Positions 1 through 8,856 of a stretch of DNA of 64,000 nucleotides are shown here, piece after piece. The stretch is taken from positions 124,032-188,031 of the forward strand of contig DASXTC010000021.1 in the NCBI GenBank assembly GCA_036505635.1, written 5' to 3'. Position 1 is the first letter of the stretch; every line of letters starts with the position of its first letter. The position numbers and the translations under genes are program-made. A model generated the notes under the pieces. It made no database searches, was not told the origin of the DNA, and was given only the letters and a program-made list of their open reading frames with translations. This stretch comes from Candidatus Polarisedimenticolia bacterium. GTDB taxonomy: Bacteria; Acidobacteriota; Polarisedimenticolia; JACPZX01; DASXTC01.

Positions 1-663
1 GCGCTGGGGTTCTTCGTGGGGGTGCTGAGCTCCTTTCTTCCTTCCGTGCATTTCGCGGTGCTGACCGGCGCGGCGCTGCTGCTGGGGCTCGCCTGCGAAG
101 CGGTGCTTCTGCCGCTCACACTGATCATCTTCAAGCCGCTCGGCAAGGTCCGGCCGGCCGCAGCCGCGGCCCTGCTCGCCCTCGTCGCGCTCCTGGCCGC
201 CCCGCCCGCCCTCGCTCAGGAGGGCCCCTCCCTCCTGTTGAAGGACCAGCATGGCAGGACCGACGGCCCCGCGGCGCACCGCGGCCGGATGGTCCTGCTT
301 CTCGTCGGCCAGTCGTCCGGCCTGCGCAAGATGAAGAGCTGGGAGCTGAAGATAATCGAGGGGTCGGGCGACCACTTCGACATCGTGCGCGTCGTGGACG
401 CGCGCGGAGTGCGCGGCAGGAAGACGGAGGCCGAGGTCAACGCGCGGCTGCGGCAGGGGGTACCGGATGAGATATCAATCCTGATCGACTGGAACGGGGA
501 GGTCGCCCGGGCGTACGCTATGCCCGCGGCCGAGGTCGTCGTCACGGTCCTCGACCCGGACGGAAGGTCGTGCGGCACGACGACGGGCCCGGTGACGCCC
601 GAGGGGCTGCGCGGGTTGCTGAAGATCGTCTCACACGTCAAGGAGAAGGGGAGCTGTCCATGA
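1..663 (+). CDS. secreted or membrane protein with a thioredoxin-fold-like soluble domain. The ORF is open to the window edge and the start is unresolved.
   Basis: The reading frame is open from base 1. Two hydrophobic segments are followed by an Ala-rich signal-like stretch (AAAAALLALVALLAAPPALAQ) and a soluble domain of about 150 aa with no CxxC motif. The stop overlaps the next start (ATGA at 660-663). Confidence 0.3.
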   Translation, partial: ALGFFVGVLSSFLPSVHFAVLTGAALLLGLACEAVLLPLTLIIFKPLGKVRPAAAAALLALVALLAAPPALAQEGPSLLLKDQHGRTDGPAAHRGRMVLLLVGQSSGLRKMKSWELKIIEGSGDHFDIVRVVDARGVRGRKTEAEVNARLRQGVPDEISILIDWNGEVARAYAMPAAEVVVTVLDPDGRSCGTTTGPVTPEGLRGLLKIVSHVKEKGSCP

Positions 664-2219
664 AAATCCTCCTGGTCGCCATGCCCGACTCGGCCTCCTG
701 CTTCGACCACATGATGGAGCTGCCGAACCTCGCCCTGTGCAGCCTCGCGGGAAACCTCGACGGCCGCCACGACGTCCGGATCCTGGATCTCGTCAAGCAC
801 CGCCGGCGCGCGGCCATCGCGCTTGAGACTCAGATGCGCGATTTCGAGCCGGACCTGGTGGGGATCTCCGCGATGTCGTTCCAGATCGGCTCTGCGCGCA
901 ACACCGCCGCCATCTGCAGGGCGATGAAGCCCGACGTCATCACGGTGCTTGGGGGATACCACGCCACCGTCATGTGGCAGGAGATCGGCGAGGGGCCCGA
1001 CCGGACGCTCTTCGACTACGTGGTGCGCGGGGAGGGGGAGGCGATCTTCTCGGCCCTGGTCGAGACGCTCGACTCGCATGGGGACCTGGCGGCGATCGAC
1101 GGCCTCTCGTACCGGCGCGGCGACGGCTACGAGCACAATGTCCCGGCGCACCTGCTGCACCTGGACGAAGTCCTGCTCCCCGAACGCGCCGGGCGCGTGT
1201 CGGGGGACTTTCTCTGGATGGGGCGCCCCTTCGACGTGGCGGAGACCAGCCGCGGATGCACGATGCCGTGCGGCTTCTGCAGCATTCGAAGAATGTATGG
1301 CAAGACCTTCCGGCTCTACCCCGACGAGCGGGTGGTGGCCGACATGCGCGCGATCAAGGCGCGCGGTTCCCGTGGGGTGCTCTTCGTGGACGACAACATC
1401 ACGCTGGACGGCCCTCGCCTCCGCGAGCTCTGCCTGCGGTTCGAGGCCGAGAAGGTCAACGACCTCTTCATCGTGATGCAGGCGAGCGTCTTTCCCATCG
1501 CGGCCGACCTGGGGCTGGCATCGGTGATGGCCCGCGGCGGGGTAAGGATGGTCTTTCTGGGCATCGAGAACGGGGACGAGCGCAACCTCAAGGTCCTGGG
1601 GAAGAAGGGTCAGGCGTGCCGCACCGAGAAGGTGGTGCGCGCCCTGCGCGAAGCGGGGATCATCGTCATCGGCGGCTTCATCGTCGGCAACCCCGACGAC
1701 ACCGAGGCCGACGTGCGCGCGACCTACCGCTACGTGAGAGAGGTCGGGGTGGACCACGGGATCGTGCAGTGTCTCACCCCCTATCCCAAGACCGAGCTGC
1801 GCAAGCAGCTCATCGAGCGGGGCCTGGTGACCAACCTCGACGACCTGGACAGGTACAACGGCTTCATCCCCAACGTGCGCACCGAGCACTTGTCGGAGCG
1901 GGATCTGGCGAGGATCATGACCAGCGCTGGAATCAGGCTCTACTGGGACCCGCGCTACGTGATCCAGAACGGGATCTGGAAGGCCTGCCCTTCGCAGTCG
2001 TTCTGGATGCTCTGGAACAACATCAAGTACATCTTCACCGGGTACCAGGGGAAGATGTTCCTCTCGCGCCATCGCTGGGAGCCGACGATCCCGGTGACCC
2101 TGCCACGGGACGCGCGCGCCCCTTCGCGCACCGAGATCCTGACGCCGGGCAAGGACCCGGTGCCGGGACGCTACCCGGGCGAGCGGGATTCGCGCGGCGC
2201 CGCCGCCGCGGCCGGCTGA
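660..2219 (+). CDS. B12-binding-domain radical SAM protein (class B rSAM, HpnJ/HpnP-like)
   Basis: The N-terminus (MKILLVAMPDS...) resembles a cobalamin-binding Rossmann-like region. The radical SAM cluster motif CxxxCxxC is present as GCTMPCGFCS. The protein is 519 aa. Confidence 0.8.
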   Translation: MKILLVAMPDSASCFDHMMELPNLALCSLAGNLDGRHDVRILDLVKHRRRAAIALETQMRDFEPDLVGISAMSFQIGSARNTAAICRAMKPDVITVLGGYHATVMWQEIGEGPDRTLFDYVVRGEGEAIFSALVETLDSHGDLAAIDGLSYRRGDGYEHNVPAHLLHLDEVLLPERAGRVSGDFLWMGRPFDVAETSRGCTMPCGFCSIRRMYGKTFRLYPDERVVADMRAIKARGSRGVLFVDDNITLDGPRLRELCLRFEAEKVNDLFIVMQASVFPIAADLGLASVMARGGVRMVFLGIENGDERNLKVLGKKGQACRTEKVVRALREAGIIVIGGFIVGNPDDTEADVRATYRYVREVGVDHGIVQCLTPYPKTELRKQLIERGLVTNLDDLDRYNGFIPNVRTEHLSERDLARIMTSAGIRLYWDPRYVIQNGIWKACPSQSFWMLWNNIKYIFTGYQGKMFLSRHRWEPTIPVTLPRDARAPSRTEILTPGKDPVPGRYPGERDSRGAAAAAG

Positions 2220-2227
2220 GCGAGCCG

Positions 2228-2956
2228 ATGACGAACATGGCCGCGAGCGGGCGCGCCGCCGAGATCGAGATCATGGATGCCGGCGGGTATGATGACGCCG
2301 AGATCCGCGCCAACCTCGCCGATCTGCGTTTCTACAACGATTGGTTCGGTGGGACGCGTCTCGCGATACGGGCGGTGGCCCGGCTGCTGGCCGGGGCGGG
2401 AGGGGCGCCCGCGGATCGCCTGAGCCTCCTCGACGTCGCCACCGGCTCCGGGGACATTCCGGCGGGGGTCGCGCGCTGGCTCGCGCGCCGCGGCGTTACG
2501 ACGCTGGCTCTGGGGGTCGACGCCAACCCGGAGGTCCTCGAGGAGGCGCGGCGTTTCTGCGGGGGGCGGTCCGCACCGGTGAGCCTGCTGCGGGCGGACG
2601 CCTGCCGGCTTCCGCATCCCGACCGGTCGGTCGACATCGTCCTCTGCTCTAACTTCATGCACCACCTCGACGCCTCCGAGGTGGTGGCCGCGCTGCGGGA
2701 GATGGGGCGTGTCGCGAGAGTGGGCGTCGCGGCCATCGACCTGATGCGCACGCGCGCGGCCTGGCTCAACGTCTGGCTTCTGACCCGCCTGACGACGCTG
2801 AACCGGCTCACGCGCCACGACGGGCCCCTCTCGGTGCACCGCGCCTTCGTGCCCGAGGAGCTGCGGGCGCTGGCGGGGCAGGCGGGGCTGCTCGAGGCGG
2901 AGGTGAGGCGGGCGGGTCCCGTGAGGATGGTACTGACGTGCAGGACAGCTTCGTAG
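2228..2956 (+). CDS. class I SAM-dependent methyltransferase
   Basis: Glycine-rich motif I (LLDVATGSGD) and a DIVLCSNFMHHL motif II-like segment. ATG start 9 nt after the rSAM stop. Confidence 0.7.
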   Translation: MTNMAASGRAAEIEIMDAGGYDDAEIRANLADLRFYNDWFGGTRLAIRAVARLLAGAGGAPADRLSLLDVATGSGDIPAGVARWLARRGVTTLALGVDANPEVLEEARRFCGGRSAPVSLLRADACRLPHPDRSVDIVLCSNFMHHLDASEVVAALREMGRVARVGVAAIDLMRTRAAWLNVWLLTRLTTLNRLTRHDGPLSVHRAFVPEELRALAGQAGLLEAEVRRAGPVRMVLTCRTAS

Positions 2957-4146
2957 ACGTCGCGATCGTCGGGGCGGGGCCGGCCGGCTCGGCCGCGGCC
3001 CTCGCGCTGCGCCGTGCCGGGTATTCGGTCGCGCTGCTGGAGAAGGCCCGATTCCCGCGCGACAAGATCTGCGGTGATTTTCTCACGCCCGGGTCGGTGG
3101 GCCTGCTGAAGGAGATTGGGGGAGGGGAGGTCGAGACCGAGGCTCCCTGCACGCTGCGCGGGATGCGGATGACCTATGAAGGACACGAGATCCTCTCGGA
3201 GTTTCCTGGGGCGCGGCACGGATGGAGCCTCAGCCGGAGGAAGCTCGATTTCGTGCTGGCGCGGCGGGCGGTGGCCGCGGGCGCGGATCTGATCGAGGAG
3301 TTCCGAGCCACCGAGTTCGGATCCGATCCCGAGACGGGCGGGCGCTGGGTGGAAGGGTCGTATCCGGACGGCGCGCGGCGTCGCTTCCGCGCGCGTCTGC
3401 TGCTCGAGGCCGGGGGTCGGCACGGGCTGATCGGACGGCGGCTGGGCTGGCGCGTGGATGACACACGCCTGATACGCTACGCGCTCTGGTCGAACATGGA
3501 GGGGGTGCGGGGTCTGGGAGAGCGCGGGGAGATGCACGTCTTCGCGGATGGGTACGTGGGGGTCGCCGCGCTCGACCGCTCGGCCGGCCTCGCCAACGTG
3601 ACGATGGCCCTGACGCCCGGCCGGATGGCGCGCGCGCGCGGCCACGTGCGGGAGTCCTTCCTCGATCTGCTCGCGCGCCACCCGGTGATGGGGCCGCGGT
3701 GCCGAAATGCCCGGCTCGTCACGTCCGTGCGCGGAATGGGGCCGCTGGCCTGCAGGGCCCGCAGGCTCGCGGCGGACCGGATCGCGATGTTGGGAGACGC
3801 CGGGGGTTTCGTCGATCCCTTCACGGGCGAGGGGGTCTTCGTGGCGTTGTCGGGCGCGCGGATGCTCGCGCGCGCGGTTGCGCGCGAAGGGCTCGAGTCG
3901 GCGGCGGCGCTGGCCTCCTACGAGCGAGAGTTCCACTCGGCGTTCGGCTCCAAGTTCCAGCTCTGCCGGCTGCTGCAGGTGGTGATCGCGCGTCCCTGGC
4001 TGGCGCGCCGCGTCGCGCGGGCGCTCGCCTCCCGCAAGGATCTCGCCGACCGGATGGTGGGGACCACCGGCGATCTGCTGCCGCCCTCCTCCGTGCTCAA
4101 TCCCTCTTACCTTGGAAGGCTCCTGATCGCGGGGATGACGGGATGA
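2938..4146 (+). CDS. FAD-dependent oxidoreductase, geranylgeranyl-reductase-like family
   Basis: N-terminal dinucleotide fold VAIVGAGPAGSAAA...LLEK. A CGDFL segment and GDAGGFVDPFTGEG motif are typical of the GG-reductase/halogenase flavoprotein fold. GTG start overlaps the methyltransferase end. Confidence 0.8.
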   Translation: MQDSFVDVAIVGAGPAGSAAALALRRAGYSVALLEKARFPRDKICGDFLTPGSVGLLKEIGGGEVETEAPCTLRGMRMTYEGHEILSEFPGARHGWSLSRRKLDFVLARRAVAAGADLIEEFRATEFGSDPETGGRWVEGSYPDGARRRFRARLLLEAGGRHGLIGRRLGWRVDDTRLIRYALWSNMEGVRGLGERGEMHVFADGYVGVAALDRSAGLANVTMALTPGRMARARGHVRESFLDLLARHPVMGPRCRNARLVTSVRGMGPLACRARRLAADRIAMLGDAGGFVDPFTGEGVFVALSGARMLARAVAREGLESAAALASYEREFHSAFGSKFQLCRLLQVVIARPWLARRVARALASRKDLADRMVGTTGDLLPPSSVLNPSYLGRLLIAGMTG

Positions 4147-5426
4147 GCGCGCGCCGCGTCGTCATCACGGGGATCGGGGCCGTGACCCCCGCCGGCACGG
4201 GGCGCGAGGCGTTCGCGGCCGCGCTGGCCGAGGGGCGCTCCACCGTCGGGGCGATCACGCAGTTCGACATGGACGGCCTGCCGTGCCGCGTGGCCGCCGA
4301 GGTCTCGGGGTTTGATCCTTCCGCCTGGATGGACCCCCAGGACCTCAAGCGCGTCTCGCGCGCCACCCCCTTCGGGATCGCGGCCACCTCCGAGGCGCTG
4401 GCCGACGCGGGGCTGGATGGGCCGGCGCACCACGACCTGCGCCGCGAGCTGGGAGTGGTGGTGGGTTCGGGAGCCGGCGGGATCGAGTTCGGTGAGCGGC
4501 AGTACCGGCATTATTTCGCCGGCGAGCACGGGAAGATCAGCCCCTACTCGATCTCGACCTCCTTCGTGGGGAGCCTGTCGTCCGAGATCTCGATCGCCCT
4601 GGGGCTGTCGGGGATGAGCCACGTCGTCTCCACCGGCTGCACCTCGTCGACCGACGCCCTCGGGTACGCGTTCGATTTCATCCGGTCGGGGCGCCACGAT
4701 CTCCTGCTGGCCGGCGGCGTGGAGGCCTGCATCACGCCGGCCCTCATGACCGGCTTCTGCCGGATGCGCGTGGTGTCGACCGCATTCAACGCCGAGCCGC
4801 ACCGGGCGTCACGCCCGTTCGACCGGGACCGCGACGGTTTCGTGATCGCCGAGGGGGCCTGGATGATGGTGCTGGAGGAGCGCGAGCGGGCGGTGGCGCG
4901 GGGGGCAGGTATCTACGCCGAGGTGGCCGGGTACGGCTCGACCTGCGACGCCTACCACCGCGTGACGCTCAACCCCGACGGGGTGCAGCCGGCGCGCGCC
5001 ATCCGGCTGGCGCTGTCCGACGCGGGGCTGGCGCCCGACGCGATCGGGTACGTGAACATGCACGGCACCGCCACGAGGATCAACGACGAGATCGAGACTC
5101 ACGTGATCCGGAAGGTGTTCGGGGAGCGGGCGTCCGGTGGAGGAGGCGGCGGCCCCGGTCACGGCCTCGCCGTCTCGGCCACCAAGTCCATGTTCGGCCA
5201 CCCGCAGGGGGCCTGCGGCGCGATGGGGGTCGCCGCCACGGCGCTCGCCATGCGGGCCGGCTACCTCCCGCCCACCATCAACCTCGATCACCCGGACGCG
5301 GGGTTCGATCTGGACTACGTCCCCCACCGCGCGCGCCGCGCCGAGGTCGAGGCCGCGGTCTGCAACTGCATCGGCTTCGGCTCGAAGAACTCGGCGCTGG
5401 TGATGAGGAACGCCGATTCACGTTGA
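4143..5426 (+). CDS. beta-ketoacyl-ACP synthase II-like condensing enzyme
   Basis: Active-site Cys in STGCTSS and the His motifs NMHGTAT and MFGHPQGA are present. ATGA overlap with the upstream flavoprotein gene. Confidence 0.85.
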   Translation: MSARRVVITGIGAVTPAGTGREAFAAALAEGRSTVGAITQFDMDGLPCRVAAEVSGFDPSAWMDPQDLKRVSRATPFGIAATSEALADAGLDGPAHHDLRRELGVVVGSGAGGIEFGERQYRHYFAGEHGKISPYSISTSFVGSLSSEISIALGLSGMSHVVSTGCTSSTDALGYAFDFIRSGRHDLLLAGGVEACITPALMTGFCRMRVVSTAFNAEPHRASRPFDRDRDGFVIAEGAWMMVLEERERAVARGAGIYAEVAGYGSTCDAYHRVTLNPDGVQPARAIRLALSDAGLAPDAIGYVNMHGTATRINDEIETHVIRKVFGERASGGGGGGPGHGLAVSATKSMFGHPQGACGAMGVAATALAMRAGYLPPTINLDHPDAGFDLDYVPHRARRAEVEAAVCNCIGFGSKNSALVMRNADSR

Positions 5427-5447
5427 TCGAGGTTCCTTGGCGCCCGG

Positions 5448-5873
5448 TCATACCACCTTGCGGTAGACCCACGCTCCCACCAACGATGCCGTGACAGCCG
5501 CGATCAGCGTCGTCGCCAGCGGTACGAGGACCACTTCTCGTGGAACGAATCCAAGCCCGGCCCACTTCGCGCTCTGCAGGCTCTTGATGGTCCACCACGC
5601 GACGCCGGCGATGGCCGCGGTCTTCGCTCCCGCGCCGTACCTTGGAGCGATGGCCGAGTAGAGCCACATCGCCCAGATGCCCATCATGAGGTCCAGGGCG
5701 AAGAAGAAGGCGCCGCCCATCGGCGGATGAGGAGCGGTCCCCTGCAACGAGGCCAGGAAATCCTGTGCGAAGAGGAAGAGAATAGCAGCGCAGAGGAGGA
5801 ACCAGACGATGCCGGCCACGACGCCGCTGAGAATGATCCGGAGCCAGTTGGTGCCATGCACGCCGCGCTCCAT
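5448..5873 (-). CDS. small polytopic membrane protein (about 4 TM helices), function unknown
   Basis: 141 aa with four hydrophobic helices and aromatic/Trp-rich loops. Confidence 0.5.
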   Translation of the reverse strand: MERGVHGTNWLRIILSGVVAGIVWFLLCAAILFLFAQDFLASLQGTAPHPPMGGAFFFALDLMMGIWAMWLYSAIAPRYGAGAKTAAIAGVAWWTIKSLQSAKWAGLGFVPREVVLVPLATTLIAAVTASLVGAWVYRKVV

Positions 5874-5967
5874 TGACGCCGAGCTACCTTGGCTCCCCGC
5901 GTTCTCTAGTCTCGGCGGCGGACGACAGGGAGGATAAGGGCCCCGCCGAGTCTGTCGGCAGGTTAAT

Positions 5968-6394
5968 AGTCCTAGCCACCTTCTCCAGGAAGCACGCCTT
6001 CAAGCTCCTCAAGGCTCCTCCATTCAACTGCCCCGGTCGGCAACGGCAGCTCGAAGTCGATGAGCGCGGAAAGCAAACTCGACACCCGAGCGGAGGCCTC
6101 ACCTTCGGACCGAAGCACGGTCAAGGCACTGTAGGGCTTCTCGCATTTCACCTCCTCGCCGAGATACGCGGCTTCGAAATTCGGCAGTGACGCAATAAGG
6201 CGGGCATTGCCGAGGGCCTTCTGAACCTCTGTGCGGATGGAGTCGTTCAGCGCCCAAGCTGGGTTCCTGATTTCCTTGCCCGCCTTTCTATATGTAGGAC
6301 GATCACTGTCGTGGAGAACTGCGTACGGCGCCCCGAATTGATTCAGTATCTTAACGAGAGCAACCAGTGTCCGGGCTGCGTGAGCTGAAGCTCA
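5968..6394 (-). pseudogene. start-less remnant of an OLD-family (Toprim-domain) ATP-dependent endonuclease C-terminus
   Basis: Manual translation of the minus strand gives ASAHAARTLVALVKILNQFGAPYAVLHDSDRPTYRKAGKEIRNPAWALNDSIRTEVQKALGNARLIASLPNFEAAYLGEEVKCEKPYSALTVLRSEGEASARVSSLLSALIDFELPLPTGAVEWRSLEELEGVLPGEGG. There is no in-frame ATG/GTG/TTG. It has a Toprim-like hydrophobic-strand + DxD segment (AVLHDSD). The local GC content is clearly lower than the flanks. Confidence 0.4.
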
Positions 6395-6396
6395 GC

Positions 6397-7050
6397 CTAC
6401 TTCTTCTTGCCCTTGACGGGTGTGGCAGCGGCAGTCTTCGCAGCCTCTTCGGCGGCGGCCTTGTCGGCGTCAGCCTGAGCCGCGGCAGCGGCCGCTATTG
6501 CTACCTGCTTGCCCTCGGCGACGGTCTTCAGCTGGGCGAGCCCCTTCTCGATGTCGGTGCCGAGCATGTTGTCCATGTCCATGAACATGCCGAAGGCTTT
6601 GCCGATGAAATTGTGGTTCCCATCCATCGACCACGTCACGAACGAGCCGGTCGGCGTACCCGCGAGGGTGAGCGCACAGGTTGCCGTGGACTCCATCGGC
6701 TCCACAAACTCGAGCTTCATGCCCACCTTCTGGCCAGGGACGCTCTCTTCGATCGTCATCTTGCCCTTGCCGACTTCCTTGTTGCCGCTCCACGCATACG
6801 ACTGACCGACGCCCGCCGCGGGGCCTTCGAAGGTCTTCTGCATGTTGGGATCGAGCTTCTCCCACGGCGACCCGAAAAGAACCAAGACACCCGCAAACTG
6901 ATGGAGGTCGTTGAGAACACCGAACACGAGATCGGCTGGAGCAGCGACCTCGAGCTTGCGCTCGACGTGATAGGTGGACGGCCGTGTGGCCACCACCGCT
7001 ACGAAAAGGACCAAGACACCCGCAACACCGATGAGAATTTTCTCGAGCAT
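6397..7050 (-). CDS. SRPBCC (START/Bet v1/polyketide-cyclase fold) protein with N-terminal TM anchor and Ala/Lys-rich C-tail
   Basis: 217 aa. N-terminal hydrophobic helix, a beta-rich middle and an AAAAAAQADADKAAAEEAAK...KGKKK tail. Confidence 0.55.
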   Translation of the reverse strand: MLEKILIGVAGVLVLFVAVVATRPSTYHVERKLEVAAPADLVFGVLNDLHQFAGVLVLFGSPWEKLDPNMQKTFEGPAAGVGQSYAWSGNKEVGKGKMTIEESVPGQKVGMKLEFVEPMESTATCALTLAGTPTGSFVTWSMDGNHNFIGKAFGMFMDMDNMLGTDIEKGLAQLKTVAEGKQVAIAAAAAAQADADKAAAEEAAKTAAATPVKGKKK

Positions 7051-7060
7051 TGAAGCCCTC

Positions 7061-7840
7061 CTAGAGGCTGCTGGCGGCTGCGACGAGATCGCTCGCGCGC
7101 TCGCGTTCAGCGCCGTACACGATCACATAGCCATACACAAAAGTGGATAGCACATCCGCTTTGCCTTCGAGGCAGAAGCGGAGCAGTGCATCGTCGTACT
7201 CGCGCACGACGAGCGCGAGTACGTGCGTTTCCGTTACGAGATCGACCACGCCCGTGAGGACGTCGCCTTTCGGCGTGGTGAAGCGGAATTGGTCGCCGAC
7301 CTTCGGCAGGGCCGAAAAGCCAAGCTTGCCGAGAAGCGTCTTCCAGATCGACCCGCGCGGGGACTCGACATTCGACATGAAGGGGAGGTGCACCGCCGGT
7401 TCGTGCGGGTGCCGCGCGAAGTACTGGCGGAGGTTTTGGAGCATCAGCTTCCAGCCGCGCGCGTGCGCCTCGTACTCGTGGTCCCAGTCGGCGCTTGCAC
7501 TGAAACCGGAATGAACGAGGCGGAGCGTGGTTTTGCCGCCTTCGCGCGCTTCGATCGACCAATCGGCATAGAGCGGCGCCTTCGTTTCGCCGTTCTGGCC
7601 AGACGGATGACGTATCCGCTTCGGCGCGTCGAAGATTTCGATCTCGTGCTCGGCGCTCATGCCTTCGCCCCACGAGATCCAAATGCTGCCTTTTTTCCCG
7701 CCTTCCGGTGCGGTGACGCGCGCTGCGGGCGCGAGCCATTTCGCGATTTCGGTACCGTCGGTGACGGCGCGGAAGACGTCTTCGGGAGAGGCGTCGAGCT
7801 CGACAGAGAGCTGGATGTCGCGGGTGTTCTTCTTGTTCAT
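7061..7840 (-). CDS. SRPBCC-family protein, AHSA1 (activator of Hsp90 ATPase)-like
   Basis: Start chosen at MNKKNTRDIQ (ATG 7840), preceded by GAGGT. The upstream extension of the ORF is Arg-rich, low-complexity and overlaps in frame. Confidence 0.55.
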   Translation of the reverse strand: MNKKNTRDIQLSVELDASPEDVFRAVTDGTEIAKWLAPAARVTAPEGGKKGSIWISWGEGMSAEHEIEIFDAPKRIRHPSGQNGETKAPLYADWSIEAREGGKTTLRLVHSGFSASADWDHEYEAHARGWKLMLQNLRQYFARHPHEPAVHLPFMSNVESPRGSIWKTLLGKLGFSALPKVGDQFRFTTPKGDVLTGVVDLVTETHVLALVVREYDDALLRFCLEGKADVLSTFVYGYVIVYGAERERASDLVAAASSL

Positions 7841-7917
7841 GGTGGTGACCTCAGCGAACCAATCAGAGTTTCTGGCCAAGAGCGCGAAATACTTCACGCC
7901 AAGGCACGGCCCGAGGC

Positions 7918-8772
7918 CTATCGAAACGCCCAATCGTGATCGCGCGCGTAACGGTCGAAGGAGATCGGATCGTTGCCCGTGACACGCTTCACGTCGGGGG
8001 AGATCCGCGCCGCACGCCCCGCGATGTAGTAGCGGGTCAGGTCGACCACCGCGTCGGCGTACGCCTCCGGCACACCGGCGCTCACGACCCACTGCTTGAA
8101 CTGATCCGCGGTGACCTCCACGTAGAGGACCTTGCGCCCGATGACGGCGGAGAGCTTCTCGGCTATCTGCCCGTAGGTGAGCGCCTCCGGTCCACTCAGG
8201 TCGTAGGCCCTCCCTTCGTGTCCAGTCGCGGTCAGGGCCTTCAGGGCGACCGCCGCGATGTCGCGGACGTCGACGTGGCTGATCCTTGCTTCTCCCGCCG
8301 GCTGGTGGAAGGCTCCCCGCGCCTTGATCGACGGTCCGGAGAAGTTCGAGAGATTCTGCATGAAACCGTTGGGTCGCAGGAAAGTCCAGGCGATCCGCGA
8401 GGCCTCGATCTCCCGCTCGACCGGACGGTGGGCCTTCGCGAAGGAGAAATCCTCCCCCTCGGCCCCCCAGACCGACAGCTTCACGATGCGCCGCACGCCG
8501 GCCTTCTTCGCCTCGCGCACGACGTTGATCTCGAGCTGCGTCTGAGAGGGGCTCCAGCCCGAGAGGAGAAACAGGGCCTCGACTCCTCTCAACGCGACCC
8601 GAAGAGTCTCGGGCTCGCCGAAGGGAGCGTGGACGGCTTGAAGACCGGCCTGTCGCGCCCTGCCGGCCTTCTCGGGGGTCGAGTAGCCCGCGTGGAAGGG
8701 GATCCTCGCCGCGTCGAGCTGCCTGCCCAATTCACTGCCGACGGTCCCTCCCGCGCCCGTGACGAGGATCAT
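7918..8772 (-). CDS. NmrA-family NAD(P)H-binding oxidoreductase (atypical SDR)
   Basis: N-terminal ILVTGAGGTVG Rossmann motif. 284 aa. The upstream part of the 597-aa ORF was rejected as an extension. Confidence 0.8.
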   Translation of the reverse strand: MILVTGAGGTVGSELGRQLDAARIPFHAGYSTPEKAGRARQAGLQAVHAPFGEPETLRVALRGVEALFLLSGWSPSQTQLEINVVREAKKAGVRRIVKLSVWGAEGEDFSFAKAHRPVEREIEASRIAWTFLRPNGFMQNLSNFSGPSIKARGAFHQPAGEARISHVDVRDIAAVALKALTATGHEGRAYDLSGPEALTYGQIAEKLSAVIGRKVLYVEVTADQFKQWVVSAGVPEAYADAVVDLTRYYIAGRAARISPDVKRVTGNDPISFDRYARDHDWAFR

Positions 8773-8856
8773 GGCCTCCGCTCCAGATGAAGGGTCGTCA
8801 GCATACAACGCCGGCGCCCCTTGACCAACCGCGCGCGGTCGTCCAGAATCGACGAC

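Noticed and set aside
216-2072. 618-aa minus-strand ORF antisense to the radical SAM gene
   Set aside because: Pro/Arg/Gly-rich low-complexity translation with no recognisable motifs. It fully overlaps a gene with clear catalytic signatures and is a typical high-GC antisense artefact.
974-2956. 660-aa plus-strand ORF spanning rSAM and methyltransferase regions
   Set aside because: Only its last 243 codons (from ATG 2228) look protein-like. The upstream part is the +1 frame shadow of the rSAM gene (Arg/Gly/Pro-rich).
2332-3936. 534-aa minus-strand ORF antisense to the methyltransferase and flavoprotein genes
   Set aside because: Low-complexity Arg/Pro/Ala composition. It overlaps two well-supported sense genes.
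3699-4143. Upstream extension of the KAS ORF
   Set aside because: Frame shadow of the flavoprotein gene. The KAS sequence proper begins at ATG 4143 (MSARRVVITGIG).
7840-8092. N-terminal extension of the AHSA1-like ORF
   Set aside because: Arg-rich, Cys-containing low-complexity segment with no TM or signal character. The internal ATG with GAGGT RBS is preferred.
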